DNA of 64,000 nucleotides. It comes from a virus. Position 1 is the first letter of the stretch, and the number at the start of each line of letters is the position of its first letter. Made by a program: the position numbers and the translations under genes. Positions 29,285 to 39,016 of this stretch are shown here, in pieces. The notes under the pieces were generated by a model that saw nothing but the letters and a program-made list of their open reading frames with translations, was not told the DNA's origin and ran no database searches. The stretch spans positions 1 through 64,000 of IMG/VR virus record IMGVR_UViG_3300050138_000176; one strand, given 5' to 3'.

Positions 29285-30567
29285 GCGCGTCGGTAGCCTC
29301 GCTGTGCTGCTGCACGGACAACCTGCTGCCGGACTACATCAACGTGCAGGCCGTGGCCGGGTGCCAGTGCTTCGGGCCGCTGCCGTCGGTCCAGGACACG
29401 GTGACAGTCGGCCTGATCACGTTTCCTGAGAACACCCATTCCATCGACCCAGGGCAGGCCACGCGCCGCTACCTGACCAAGACGATGTCGGTCGTCGGGG
29501 TGGTCGGCGTGTCATTGGAAGGCGGCAATGTGAACGGGAGCTATGATTGCACGATCACCGTGGACCGCGTGAACGGGACGGTGTCCATCGGCGAGAACTT
29601 CGGCACGGACGCCTCGGCGGCGCTGACCATCCTTGGCCGTTTCCTATCTTTCGTCGCCACGATGGACGCGAGCGGCGGCCGCGGCAACGGCTACAGCTCC
29701 GCGCAGTTCACGCCGGAGACCATAACGGTGTCTGGCTACCACGACCCGTACGGCACGTTCTCCGGCACGCTGGCGGTCAGCGACGAGTACACGCATGAGA
29801 TGCAGCAGCAGGACGTGACCAACCTGCTCGCGCTGGTGCCATGGACGCCGGAGCATCCACTGGCTCAAGCGATCCAGAAGTGGCTGTTCCGCTACTTCAC
29901 GACCAACTACGCAATCGCGCCCGACCCGGCCATCGCGCTGCTGGTGCTGGAGGGCCAGTTGCACAAGGAGGACTTTGAGAACATCTACATCAGTTACGGA
30001 CCGCAAACTGTGTCCGCCGACTTCCTCGACCAGTTCGGCGACATATCTTCCATCGGGCCGCAGTTCTTCAACCCGGTGTTCCCGACATTCCGAAACGGAT
30101 CAGGCATCATCCCGGCACCGTTCTCCGCAGGAGGCGATGGAGGCATCTATATATTCGGCGTCGCCGGTCTGGTGTATGGAGTGTCAACACCGCAGTCGGG
30201 CGGACTGATAACCAATACACAAAACCCGCCGCTGCGCACCGATGGAAGGTTCCTGTTCGGCGACTACTTCAGCCCGGCGACGCGAGGCAACAAGCTGCGG
30301 TTCACGGACGCCGGGAGCGGCACGGCGGCGGACGGCGGCGTGACTGGCGCGTATCTGGTGTCGCAGAAGACCATGGTGCTGACCACCGGCCTCTACACGC
30401 AGTTCACTGCGTCGCAGGAGTTCGACTTCACGACCGGGCCTGCCGCGCCGGTGACGGCCGACAGTGCGGTGTCGGTTCCAGTGCCGACCGCGTATGAGGC
30501 CGTGCCGCTCCAGTACGTGAATCAGAGCGGTTGGATTAACGAGTTAATGTCCTTATTTAAACAATGA
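29281..30567 (+). CDS. Probable tail-tip structural protein
   Basis: 428-aa beta-rich ORF with N-terminal CCC; translationally coupled on both sides. Confidence 0.5.
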   Translation: MSASVASLCCCTDNLLPDYINVQAVAGCQCFGPLPSVQDTVTVGLITFPENTHSIDPGQATRRYLTKTMSVVGVVGVSLEGGNVNGSYDCTITVDRVNGTVSIGENFGTDASAALTILGRFLSFVATMDASGGRGNGYSSAQFTPETITVSGYHDPYGTFSGTLAVSDEYTHEMQQQDVTNLLALVPWTPEHPLAQAIQKWLFRYFTTNYAIAPDPAIALLVLEGQLHKEDFENIYISYGPQTVSADFLDQFGDISSIGPQFFNPVFPTFRNGSGIIPAPFSAGGDGGIYIFGVAGLVYGVSTPQSGGLITNTQNPPLRTDGRFLFGDYFSPATRGNKLRFTDAGSGTAADGGVTGAYLVSQKTMVLTTGLYTQFTASQEFDFTTGPAAPVTADSAVSVPVPTAYEAVPLQYVNQSGWINELMSLFKQ

Positions 30568-30851
30568 AGCGCTTCACCGAGACCGAGTTCGCGCCGCCGA
30601 CCGTTCCGGCCATGCTGCTGTCCTTCACGGCGGCCGTGGCGCGCTTCGTGGCCGCCGGGCTGCCGGTCGCCAGCGAGGCCCAGTTCCGGGAGCGGCTGGC
30701 CGTGTGCCAGGGCGACGGCGACAAGGCCCGGTGCAGGCACTGGAACGGCAGCCGGTGCCTGGCGTGCGGATGCATAAAGATAAAACTTCACTTGGCTACA
30801 GAACGGTGTCCGCTTGGAAAGTGGTTGACACCCGACCTGAAACGCGGTTAA
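30564..30851 (+). CDS. Cys-rich DUF6171-like protein
   Basis: ERLAVC...C.......CLACGC.IKIK......CPLGKW. Confidence 0.65.
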   Translation: MKRFTETEFAPPTVPAMLLSFTAAVARFVAAGLPVASEAQFRERLAVCQGDGDKARCRHWNGSRCLACGCIKIKLHLATERCPLGKWLTPDLKRG

Positions 30852-30854
30852 ATT
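30825..30854 (+). promoter_or_regulatory. Putative sigma70-type promoter
   Basis: TTGACA-18-TAAATT, with an ATG at 30860 (leaderless). Confidence 0.5.
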
Positions 30855-30859
30855 GCGCC

Positions 30860-31081
30860 ATGAATAATGATATTGGTAATGTATCAGTTTGGTTTAAACC
30901 CTCCTTTGGCATCCTCTCATTTCGTGACGGCTGGGATCACTACCTGTTGATTTGCGCCTGCTTGTTTAGCTTCTTCGGGTGCGGGCGTATCCTTTGGGAA
31001 GAATACCGATTTAACTTCCACCGCAAGAAGCGCGGCGGTAAGAAAGGCCAAAAGCCAGGTGAGCCACACAATCGTTCATAG
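30860..31081 (+). CDS. Small AT-rich single-TM protein (moron-like)
   Basis: One TM segment and a basic tail; own promoter and terminator. Confidence 0.5.
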   Translation: MNNDIGNVSVWFKPSFGILSFRDGWDHYLLICACLFSFFGCGRILWEEYRFNFHRKKRGGKKGQKPGEPHNRS

Positions 31082-31106
31082 CGGTTTCAGATGTTTCTGT
31101 TCATTC

Positions 31107-31141
31107 GGGTGTTCGTGCTTGTTACACGAACACCCATTTTC
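31107..31141 (+). terminator. Intrinsic terminator
   Basis: GGGTGTTCGTG-cttgtta-CACGAACACCC followed by ATTTT. Confidence 0.6.
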
Positions 31142-31481
31142 TCATAAAATATGACCCTTACTTTCAAAAAAACATCATTCCAAGTCCGGTGGCTGGCTTT
31201 TAAAATGTCGCACAATTTCCGGGTGTTCTTTGCCAGACCGCTGGTGGTGCAATTCCCCGCCAAATGCGACTCTGAAATCAGAGCAATAATTGCCGAACTG
31301 GTTGGCCCGTCAAGCAGCATCCTTGGCGACGATCTGCTTCAAAAGCCTTGACGGTGGACTAGCGTTTACCATGCCACCGATGACGAAACGCTTTTTATTT
31401 CAAACTGATACACCACCAATAAAATACTTGAACCGCAGGCGGCTACCGGGTTACAGTCCCGGTGAACGGTAAAGACATCTT

Positions 31482-32795
31482 ATGAAATTCACGATCAACC
31501 TCCTTTTAATCCTTGTCATCATCATTGCACTCTCAGTCCGCGCCTGGTCGCAGGTGCCTGAGCACGCATCGATGCCGGGCACGAACAGCCCGGCCACCAA
31601 CATTGTCGCCGCGCCCGTGACCGACACCGGGGCCGCCGTCACGGACGCCGCCGGGCCGCTCGCGCCGCTGATAAAATCAATGGAGCACAATGGCGGCTGG
31701 CAGAAGTCCGTGGCGCAATGGTTCATGTGGCTGTCCGGGATAATGGTTATCGCCCGCGTGTCCTTCAAGGGATTCGGCGTCAAGATGCAGGCCGCGTTGA
31801 CCGCAAGGATTATCGGCGACATAAGCAGGCCCGGCAGCGACCATGACATCTACACGCAGAAGTCGCTGTCCGCACCGGCCTACCGTTGGACCGTGTTCTG
31901 GATCGACATGCTGCTGTCCATCAAGCTGCCGACGCTGGACACCTATCTGGACGCGCTGGCTTCCAAGTATCCGCTGACGCCACCTCCCGCCGCCGTGGCA
32001 ACCGGAACGGTGCTGACTCCAGAAACCACGCGGACAGGATGGATGCGAGTTCCAGACGGCACGACGCTGGCTCCCGGCCCAGGCGGCACACTCGTCGCGC
32101 ATCCTGCCGCCGATCCTATTCTACAAACGCAACCACAACCACCCATCCAAGCCAATCCCGCACCCATGAAAACCATTGTATCAATCGCCTGCATCGCCGC
32201 GCTGCTGCTAGGCGCGGCCGGCTGCAAGTCCGTCACCACCGTTCAATCCGTCACCACAACCAACGAGGTCGGCGGCGTGTTATCCACCAACGTCACGCTC
32301 ACAACCAATGTGACCAGCGAGTTCGACCTGGAAACCACGACCAACACCATCAACATCGCATTGCCGCCGCTGGTCACGCTGGCGCTGACATCTGAGCCGC
32401 AAGCCCGGCCATACGTTCAAGTCGCTGTGACCGTTCTGGATGGCGCGATCATCAATGGGACGCTGACGCCTGCACAGCTTGACCAGTTGCTCGCGATTGC
32501 CGGCGTCAAGACGCTGACACCACAGGCCCAGGCGGTGCTGAACGCGGCCTCGGCGCTCTACACGGCGGCATACTCCAAGGTGGTTGCGCAGAAGCTGGAC
32601 GCCACGGCGAACCTGCTGCCGGTGCTCCAGTCCATTGACGCCGCGCTGAAGGCCGGTCTGGCAATGGTGCCAGGGCCGACGACCATGCGCGGCATAGACA
32701 AGGCCACCGGCACCAGCTACGCGCTCACCGGCTCACTTGGCACGTTCGAGGTCGGAGGCGACCCGGCTGGCTTCTATCTTCCTGACGCCAAGTGA
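31482..32795 (+). CDS. Membrane protein with an internal in-frame lipoprotein start at 32166
   Basis: N-terminal signal peptide plus TM segments; internal MKTIVSIACIAALLLGAAG-C lipobox; candidate promoter TTGAAC...TACAGT at ~31428-31456. Confidence 0.65.
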   Translation: MKFTINLLLILVIIIALSVRAWSQVPEHASMPGTNSPATNIVAAPVTDTGAAVTDAAGPLAPLIKSMEHNGGWQKSVAQWFMWLSGIMVIARVSFKGFGVKMQAALTARIIGDISRPGSDHDIYTQKSLSAPAYRWTVFWIDMLLSIKLPTLDTYLDALASKYPLTPPPAAVATGTVLTPETTRTGWMRVPDGTTLAPGPGGTLVAHPAADPILQTQPQPPIQANPAPMKTIVSIACIAALLLGAAGCKSVTTVQSVTTTNEVGGVLSTNVTLTTNVTSEFDLETTTNTINIALPPLVTLALTSEPQARPYVQVAVTVLDGAIINGTLTPAQLDQLLAIAGVKTLTPQAQAVLNAASALYTAAYSKVVAQKLDATANLLPVLQSIDAALKAGLAMVPGPTTMRGIDKATGTSYALTGSLGTFEVGGDPAGFYLPDAK

Positions 32796-33403
32796 GACGC
32801 CTGCTCGCCATCGCGCTGCTCGCCGCCTGCCTCCGGTCGCAGGCGCAGGTCAACTCCCTGCCGCCGGAGAACCCGCAGCCAGCATCGGTGGCTACCAACG
32901 CGCTCACGCTCGGTCTGTCATCCATCATCCCGACCAACGCGGTGAAGCTCGGCGGTGACGTGGTGCTGGCCGTCTCCGACTCCGTCCCGTACTTCATGGC
33001 TGGCACGGAGCGGGTCGGCGTGGCCGCGCTCTACTCGAATCACAAGACCGGGTTCCTGGTGGATTTGATTCACCCGGTGGTCAGCGTGAATACGAACGGC
33101 CAGGTCAGCATCGGGTTCGCCGCCGCCTATCTTGATCACACGTTCTACGATGCCTCAGTCGGGCTGAACCTTGGCATGACTGCGCACGTCCCGGTGCTTG
33201 GCGCGGTCTATCTGTTCGGTGAGAGCGGCCCTGGCTTTCAATTCAAAGACAGCCACGCGGTCGCCCAGTCGTTCATTGGCGTCTCGAAATCCTTCACACT
33301 ATTCCACAAGCTGCCGCTGTCCATCAAAGGCGGTCTTGGCAACATCTCCGACCGGCCCGGCCCGGCGTTCGTGCTCGGACTGGACGCGCAGATGAAATTC
33401 TAA
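32792..33403 (+). CDS. Putative outer-membrane beta-barrel protein
   Basis: Signal peptide AQA-Q; alternating amphipathic strands; terminal Phe (VLGLDAQMKF). Confidence 0.65.
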   Translation: MRRLLAIALLAACLRSQAQVNSLPPENPQPASVATNALTLGLSSIIPTNAVKLGGDVVLAVSDSVPYFMAGTERVGVAALYSNHKTGFLVDLIHPVVSVNTNGQVSIGFAAAYLDHTFYDASVGLNLGMTAHVPVLGAVYLFGESGPGFQFKDSHAVAQSFIGVSKSFTLFHKLPLSIKGGLGNISDRPGPAFVLGLDAQMKF

Positions 33404-33410
33404 ATAAATT

Positions 33411-33749
33411 ATGTCACCGATTCAAATAGCGACAGTGTGCCACGAAGCCAATAGAGCCTACTGCACCTGGATAGGAGATGCCTCGCAGAAAACATGGCAG
33501 GAAGCGGAGCAATGGCAGCGCGACAGCGCGGTGCGCGGTGTTGAGTTCGCGCAGGCAAATCCAACAGCGCCTGCCAGTGCGCAGCACGACGCTTGGCTTG
33601 CAGATAAGTTCAAAGACGGATGGAAATATGGACCGGTGAAGGACGCATCAATCAAACAACATCCTTGTTGCGTGCCTTACGACCAACTGCCGTCGGAACA
33701 GCGTGCGAAGGATGTGTTATTCAAAGCAATAGTGAACGCACTGACATGA
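33411..33749 (+). CDS. RyR-domain protein
   Basis: QHDAWLADKFKDGWKYGPVKD...KQHPCCVPYDQLPSEQRAKD. Confidence 0.85.
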   Translation: MSPIQIATVCHEANRAYCTWIGDASQKTWQEAEQWQRDSAVRGVEFAQANPTAPASAQHDAWLADKFKDGWKYGPVKDASIKQHPCCVPYDQLPSEQRAKDVLFKAIVNALT

Positions 33750-34246
33750 GTCCCGGCTTCCTCGAACCGATCCCGTTCTTCGCTCCCGACAAGGCGCACG
33801 GCTACGACGGCCAGAACTGGCTGCTGGCTCCCAGGATGCCGCTGGTCTATGTGCGGCCTGACGGCACGATCCTGGTCATGGTGCCGGGCGCGGCCACCGA
33901 CGGCCCGTCGATCCCGGATGCCGTGCGAAATATCTTGAAGCCGTATGGCAAGCTCTGGCTCTGTGGAGTAATTCATGATGGTATCTACCGATCCTGCGTC
34001 GTGCGGCTGGTCAACGGGGTGCTGGAGGTCGTGCTCTACAATCAGGCCGACGGCGACGCTTTGATCTACGAGGCGATGCGGCTGCACGGCGTCCCGGCTG
34101 CCGAGGAGTTGGTCGTCTATGGCGCGCTCCGCATGTTCGGCTCATTCGCCTGGTCCGGTGACCTGGCCGCCACGATCCCGCATATTGATACAAAAGACCT
34201 GTTGAACATCCTTCAAGTTCAGTTCGGGCTATCGGTGGCCGCGTGA
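33746..34246 (+). CDS. DUF1353 family protein
   Basis: VPG.ATDGPSIP...VIHDGIY...ADGD.LIYEAM...VYGALRMFG. Confidence 0.85.
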   Translation: MSPGFLEPIPFFAPDKAHGYDGQNWLLAPRMPLVYVRPDGTILVMVPGAATDGPSIPDAVRNILKPYGKLWLCGVIHDGIYRSCVVRLVNGVLEVVLYNQADGDALIYEAMRLHGVPAAEELVVYGALRMFGSFAWSGDLAATIPHIDTKDLLNILQVQFGLSVAA

Positions 34247-34388
34247 AACCCTTGCAAACATTGAGCGGAATCGGTGATAAAATAGTTTAAAATATCCATT
34301 GACATCCCGCCGCAATAGGATATCTTGGATACATAAGAAGGCGCTGGCAACGTGCCGGGGCCAAGACGGTAAATGACTACGACTATGA
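34246..34388 (+). promoter_or_regulatory. Promoter/leader cassette, copy 1
   Basis: TTGACA(34299)-16-TATCTT; the ~140 bp segment is repeated at 62527-62667 with the last 51 bp identical. Confidence 0.85.
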
Positions 34389-34807
34389 AAAATAAATATC
34401 GCTTCCGCAGCAGCACCCTGAGCCGCCACGCGGTTCCTTCACTGATCAAACACCTCTCCAAGATCGGTCTGCCTCGCTACGTGCGCGGCATCTACGCCGG
34501 GAAGAATCCGTGGTACTCAATCGCGATCCGTGGCGACAATGGCACCATCGTCCTGCGCGGCTGCTCGTGGGGCTACCACGGCGAAGGCCCGCACGCCACC
34601 GTCGCCGTCCTTCGCATGTTGGGAATCAACGAGCCGGAAGCCAAGCTGGTCGCCTTCAACACTCCGAACACCGACATGCCGCAGAGCGGGACGAAGCAGG
34701 CATTTCGGCTGACGCTGTGCTGCCCGGTCGGCGGTTGTAAAGTGGAGACTGATGAACAGAAAGAGTCACGCATCGCCGCCGCGTTCGGCATTAAGGAGGC
34801 TGCTTGA
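34385..34807 (+). CDS. Hypothetical early protein
   Basis: First gene after the promoter cassette; SWGYHGEGP motif; alternative start at 34373. Confidence 0.65.
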   Translation: MKNKYRFRSSTLSRHAVPSLIKHLSKIGLPRYVRGIYAGKNPWYSIAIRGDNGTIVLRGCSWGYHGEGPHATVAVLRMLGINEPEAKLVAFNTPNTDMPQSGTKQAFRLTLCCPVGGCKVETDEQKESRIAAAFGIKEAA

Positions 34808-35043
34808 CCACCAAAGACGAGATCAAGGCCGGACTCCAGACCATCATGGCCGTCGCCGACTCCATCCGGGAGCTTGGCGAGGTGCCCAGCGGCACGCTCT
34901 ACGCGGTGCTGATGGGCAAGCTGTCACTGGAGGGATTTAACAAGGTGCTCGGCATCCTCAAGAACGCCGGGCTGGTCACGGAGACCGAAGGCCACCTGCT
35001 GCGGTGGACCGGGCCGGCGAAGGAAGTGAAGGCGAATCCATGA
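34804..35043 (+). CDS. Small winged-helix-like protein
   Basis: AAGGAGG before a TTG start; LGILKNAGLVTE...LRWTG. Confidence 0.6.
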   Translation: MTTKDEIKAGLQTIMAVADSIRELGEVPSGTLYAVLMGKLSLEGFNKVLGILKNAGLVTETEGHLLRWTGPAKEVKANP

Positions 35044-35273
35044 GAGCGAAGGACGTCGCCAAGATGGTGCAAGTGGCGCTGGACAAGCAGGAGCAGGTTC
35101 TGTCCTCGCTCTGCACCTCGGACAATCCTCAGGTCAAGGCGACCGCCGCCGAGACCCTGGGCCGGTGCCGCGCCTACGCTGCGGTGCTGGAAGCGATCCG
35201 GGCGCCGAGGCCGCGGGCCGCATTCTCGCTATTTGTGGATGGCGGCAATGTGCTGCCGGAGGGATTGCAATGA
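35040..35273 (+). CDS. Hypothetical protein
   Basis: ATGA-coupled at both ends. Confidence 0.55.
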   Translation: MRAKDVAKMVQVALDKQEQVLSSLCTSDNPQVKATAAETLGRCRAYAAVLEAIRAPRPRAAFSLFVDGGNVLPEGLQ

Positions 35274-35488
35274 AAGCGAAACGCTTTGTGTCCGTAGAAT
35301 CTTTCGGAGATGCATGGGTGGTTAAATATATCCTGCGGGCACCAGGGCAGCGTTACTGGGCCGCACAGTTTGACAAGCGGATGCGGTCGCGGGCGGAAGT
35401 GGAGAAGTGGGTTCAGAATAATCCGAAGCTGGAACTGGTCAGGCCGGGCGGTTTAATAAAATCAGTTGACACCGCCGCCGGTTCGTAA
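35270..35488 (+). CDS. Hypothetical protein
   Basis: ATGA overlap and a GGAGG ribosome-binding site. Confidence 0.5.
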   Translation: MKAKRFVSVESFGDAWVVKYILRAPGQRYWAAQFDKRMRSRAEVEKWVQNNPKLELVRPGGLIKSVDTAAGS

Positions 35489-35494
35489 TAATCT
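35466..35494 (+). promoter_or_regulatory. Putative sigma70-type promoter
   Basis: TTGACA-17-TAATCT with an A-rich upstream element; similar in sequence to the promoter at 41236. Confidence 0.65.
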
Positions 35495-35577
35495 CCCGGA
35501 CGTAAGCCTCTGGTGGCGGGAACAAAACCACCGGAGCAAAAAATGACAACGACTAAGAAATAGAATAGGAATCCAAT

Positions 35578-36237
35578 ATGGCAAAGAACCTGTATCATAC
35601 TCACCTCAAGGAAATGGGCAACCCGGTGCGCGTCACCGTGACCAGCGACCCGTTGAAATCCAAATATCCCAAGGAAGGCGTCCCGAACAAGTTCGTCGGC
35701 ATGAAGATCGCCGGCGTGGACTACAGCTATACCTGCGAATCCGACCAGTGCGTCCAGGCGTTGACCGGCCTCAAAGGCAAAGAGGTCATGCTGTCCGTGG
35801 AAGGCAGCCGTGGCGACGCGACGATCACCGTGGTCGGGCAGCCGGGCACCAGCGTCGCCCAGCCGCAGCAACGGCAGCAGGCGCCGCCACAACACGACGA
35901 GCCGATGTCCAGCAACCAGCGCAAGGTGGCCGGTCTGCCGCCGAGCCAGAACCAGCCTCCGCCGCAGGAGAAGGAGAATCCGGTCAACCGGGCGCGGCAT
36001 CACATCGCCAGGAACCGGAGCCTGAACGTGATCGGCCTCAAGGCGGCGCTGTCGCTGATCCATGAGGCCGAGGAGTGGCACCGGAAGACCTACCCGGCGG
36101 ACCAGAACTGGTCAATGCACCCGCAGATGCAGGCCAGCGTGTACGCGTCCATGCTCTACGGGACCAGCGCCAGCGGGGTGACGGATGATCTGCCGTACGA
36201 CCTGTCGTTCTCGCCGAAGGAAGGAGGTGCCAAGTGA
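35578..36237 (+). CDS. Hypothetical protein, possibly ssDNA-binding
   Basis: Beta-rich N-domain, Q/P linker, acidic DDLPY tail; the function is inference only. Confidence 0.5.
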   Translation: MAKNLYHTHLKEMGNPVRVTVTSDPLKSKYPKEGVPNKFVGMKIAGVDYSYTCESDQCVQALTGLKGKEVMLSVEGSRGDATITVVGQPGTSVAQPQQRQQAPPQHDEPMSSNQRKVAGLPPSQNQPPPQEKENPVNRARHHIARNRSLNVIGLKAALSLIHEAEEWHRKTYPADQNWSMHPQMQASVYASMLYGTSASGVTDDLPYDLSFSPKEGGAK

Positions 36238-36569
36238 TTGACGATATTACCGATGGTGAATGGACGGCTGTAGCCAGCATCGGCCAGTTCATGGGATCGG
36301 ATGGCCCAAGGTGGGAAATGGATGGTGCCAAGATCGCAGTGGTGTCCACTGACTGCCCGTACCACATAATTGCGGATTTCTCATGCAACCACACATGCCG
36401 ACTGGATATGGAATGCGAAGCGAACGCCATGCTGTGCGCCGCCGCGCCGGACTTGCTGGCGGCCTGCATTGGGTTTGTAAACCATGTCGATGACAGACAG
36501 CAAGGAGTACCGCCATTTTACTATGAAATGAAAGCCGCCGTCGCCAAAGCCACAGGAGGTGCCAAATGA
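36234..36569 (+). CDS. Phage hypothetical protein
   Basis: ANA.L.AAAPDLL.AC...AVAKATG, a motif common in phage early genes. Confidence 0.6.
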   Translation: MIDDITDGEWTAVASIGQFMGSDGPRWEMDGAKIAVVSTDCPYHIIADFSCNHTCRLDMECEANAMLCAAAPDLLAACIGFVNHVDDRQQGVPPFYYEMKAAVAKATGGAK

Positions 36570-38782
36570 AGTTATCCAACATTTCCGCCGTCGCGTTTAA
36601 AGGCCGCACATTCTCCTACCCGCTCACCGGCGTCACTCATTTCCATGGCAGGAACCGTGTCGGCAAGACCGCCGTGTTCGATGCCGCGGTGGTCGCGCTG
36701 TGCGGCAAGCTGCCGGGCGTCGGGGTCAACGGGAAGCAGTTGCACGAAGCGCTGGCGTCCGGGGATACAATGTCCGTGAAAGCAACCACGGCAGACGATG
36801 GCTGTATCGGTCGCGCATACATAGCCAAGACTGACAAGGAAGGCAATATCACCGTCAAGGCTTCCTGCGCCACGGTTCGGTTGCCCGAAGACTGGGTCGC
36901 GCCGACCGTCATGTTCGCGCCGTCCGAGTTCCTGGAACTTAGCGACCGGGAGCGGACCAACTACCTGTTCCGGGTGCTGCCGCCGCCGCCGATGGACGAG
37001 TTCGGCCCGGTGGCGCTCAAGGCCAAACTCAAGAACTTCAAGGCGGAGCCGCACACCGAGGCGCACGAGCAGACCATAGATAAACTGTGTCAGCATATTG
37101 ACGGAAGCTACAATGAATCACAAGGTGACGGCTTCCTGATGCAAGACTGGCTTTCAAGCCTATCAGGTGAAGTCCGCGAGAATGCCAACCTCGCCACGCA
37201 ACAGGCGAAGCGGATGCAGGCCACGGCGGCCGGCGTCGTGGAGCTGAAGAAGGCCGGCGTGCCGCAAGGCCAGGCCGAAGGCGACAAGGCCAGGGCGCAG
37301 CGGGCGCTGGACGCCGCCAACGAGGCACGGACCAAGGTGGCCGAGCAGTGGCAGGCGGCGAACCGGGAACTGAAAGCGGCCACGGCGACCGCGCAGAGCT
37401 ACGTGGCGCCGGATCCGGGAGCCAAAGCGCAGGCACATGAGGACGTGGCGAATTGGAAGACGGCGTTGGAACAGCCATTGCCTTTGGCGCTGGAGCCGGT
37501 GCCGGGACTGGCGGACGCGACACGGAAACTTGAGGACGCGCAGGCTGAAGTGATCCGGCTGGCGAAGGAAGCCGCCGAGTTCCACGATGACGCGCCGGGC
37601 GTAGAGTCCACATCACGGCGCACGTTTCAGCAGGCAACCGATGCGCTTTCCAAAGCAAACTACGAGGCGCAAGTGGCGCGGAATAATGTAGAAACCATCA
37701 AAGGCGACCGCGCCAAGTTTGACGCAGCTACCTGCTGCCCGACCTGCCGGGCCGACGGCACCGGATGGAAACAGCGCGTGTTGGACGAACTGGACGCCAA
37801 ACTCAAAAGCCTGACGGCCATCATGGACGGCGCGCTGGTGGTCGTCACGAAGGCCAAGAAGTCGCACGAGGTAGCCGCCAACAAGCTGCAATGCGTTCTG
37901 GAGCGGTTAGGGAAAAAGGCGATCAACACATCCTCTACCGCCGCAGCCAAGCTCGCTGAAGCCAACGCGGTAACGTGTATCGAACGACTAAAGCAACAAC
38001 GGCAGAACGAATTAGTGCTCTTACGGTCGCATCAGCAATCGGAGAGGGATAAATCCATCTCAAGGCTAAAGACAATCACCGATGCCGAGGCCAAGGCCGA
38101 ACCGGCCCGGCTGGCCCGCGAGTCGCTGCCGCAGTTGCAGGCTACTCTGGCGGAGATCGAAGACAATGCGAAACCATTCTGCAAGGAACGAATCGCAGAA
38201 CTCCAGACGGCGGTCACGGCGGCCGACACCGTGCTGCGCCAGTGCATCGCCGAGGCGGCGACCGCGAAACAGGTCAAGGCGGCCGGCGAAGCCTACGACA
38301 AGGCGCTGGCCGAGGCGACCGTGACCAAGCACCTGTCGGAGCTGCTCAACGAGACCTTGGCCGCGTGCGTTGAGAAGTCCGTGGCACCGCTGCTGGACGC
38401 CGCGAATGAATTATTTAAAGGCGTGTTGGACGATCCGTTGGTATGGTACGAAGGCGTGATCGGGATGCATGAAAAGGGCGGTCATTTTTATAGCTGGCGT
38501 ACCTTCAGCGGATCCGAACGTGCGATTGCCTTCGCGGCCATCGGCTGCGCCCTGGCGGCGGCGTCCGGCTACCGGCTGGCTATCATCGACGAGTTGAGTC
38601 GTCTTGATGATACAACGAAGGCACGGCTGTTGGAGCGGCTGTGCGGGCTGGTGACGGTAGGCAAGCTCGACCAGGCGATAGTCGTGGACGTGCGGCCCGC
38701 GCCGGAGCTGGGCGGTTACTTCTCGACTAATCCAGCCACTCCAACCAATCCAATCTTCACCAGCATCGAGGTGCTGCCATGA
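36566..38782 (+). CDS. Rad50/SbcC-like SMC ATPase
   Basis: Walker A GRNRVGKT, coiled coils with a CPTC zinc hook, signature FSGSE, Walker B/D-loop IIDELSRLD. Confidence 0.85.
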   Translation: MKLSNISAVAFKGRTFSYPLTGVTHFHGRNRVGKTAVFDAAVVALCGKLPGVGVNGKQLHEALASGDTMSVKATTADDGCIGRAYIAKTDKEGNITVKASCATVRLPEDWVAPTVMFAPSEFLELSDRERTNYLFRVLPPPPMDEFGPVALKAKLKNFKAEPHTEAHEQTIDKLCQHIDGSYNESQGDGFLMQDWLSSLSGEVRENANLATQQAKRMQATAAGVVELKKAGVPQGQAEGDKARAQRALDAANEARTKVAEQWQAANRELKAATATAQSYVAPDPGAKAQAHEDVANWKTALEQPLPLALEPVPGLADATRKLEDAQAEVIRLAKEAAEFHDDAPGVESTSRRTFQQATDALSKANYEAQVARNNVETIKGDRAKFDAATCCPTCRADGTGWKQRVLDELDAKLKSLTAIMDGALVVVTKAKKSHEVAANKLQCVLERLGKKAINTSSTAAAKLAEANAVTCIERLKQQRQNELVLLRSHQQSERDKSISRLKTITDAEAKAEPARLARESLPQLQATLAEIEDNAKPFCKERIAELQTAVTAADTVLRQCIAEAATAKQVKAAGEAYDKALAEATVTKHLSELLNETLAACVEKSVAPLLDAANELFKGVLDDPLVWYEGVIGMHEKGGHFYSWRTFSGSERAIAFAAIGCALAAASGYRLAIIDELSRLDDTTKARLLERLCGLVTVGKLDQAIVVDVRPAPELGGYFSTNPATPTNPIFTSIEVLP

Positions 38783-38979
38783 ACTGCCCGTTCTGTAGCA
38801 GGCGCATCGACGCGATGACCGGGTTCCAGGAAGCTGACAAGTTCCAAAAGCACCTCGGCAGGTGCCGGAAGAACCCGAACAACGTGACGCTCCGCGACGG
38901 CCACCGGAGCGCGACGACACCGGTGCGGCACCAGACGCTCAAAGACGCACTGGAACTGCGGGCGGCGAGCAGACAATAA
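38779..38979 (+). CDS. Small zinc-finger protein
   Basis: CPFC...H...C. Confidence 0.55.
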   Translation: MNCPFCSRRIDAMTGFQEADKFQKHLGRCRKNPNNVTLRDGHRSATTPVRHQTLKDALELRAASRQ

Positions 38980-39016
38980 CTTTCAACATCAACAACAAAC
39001 CAAAAAGGATAAATAA

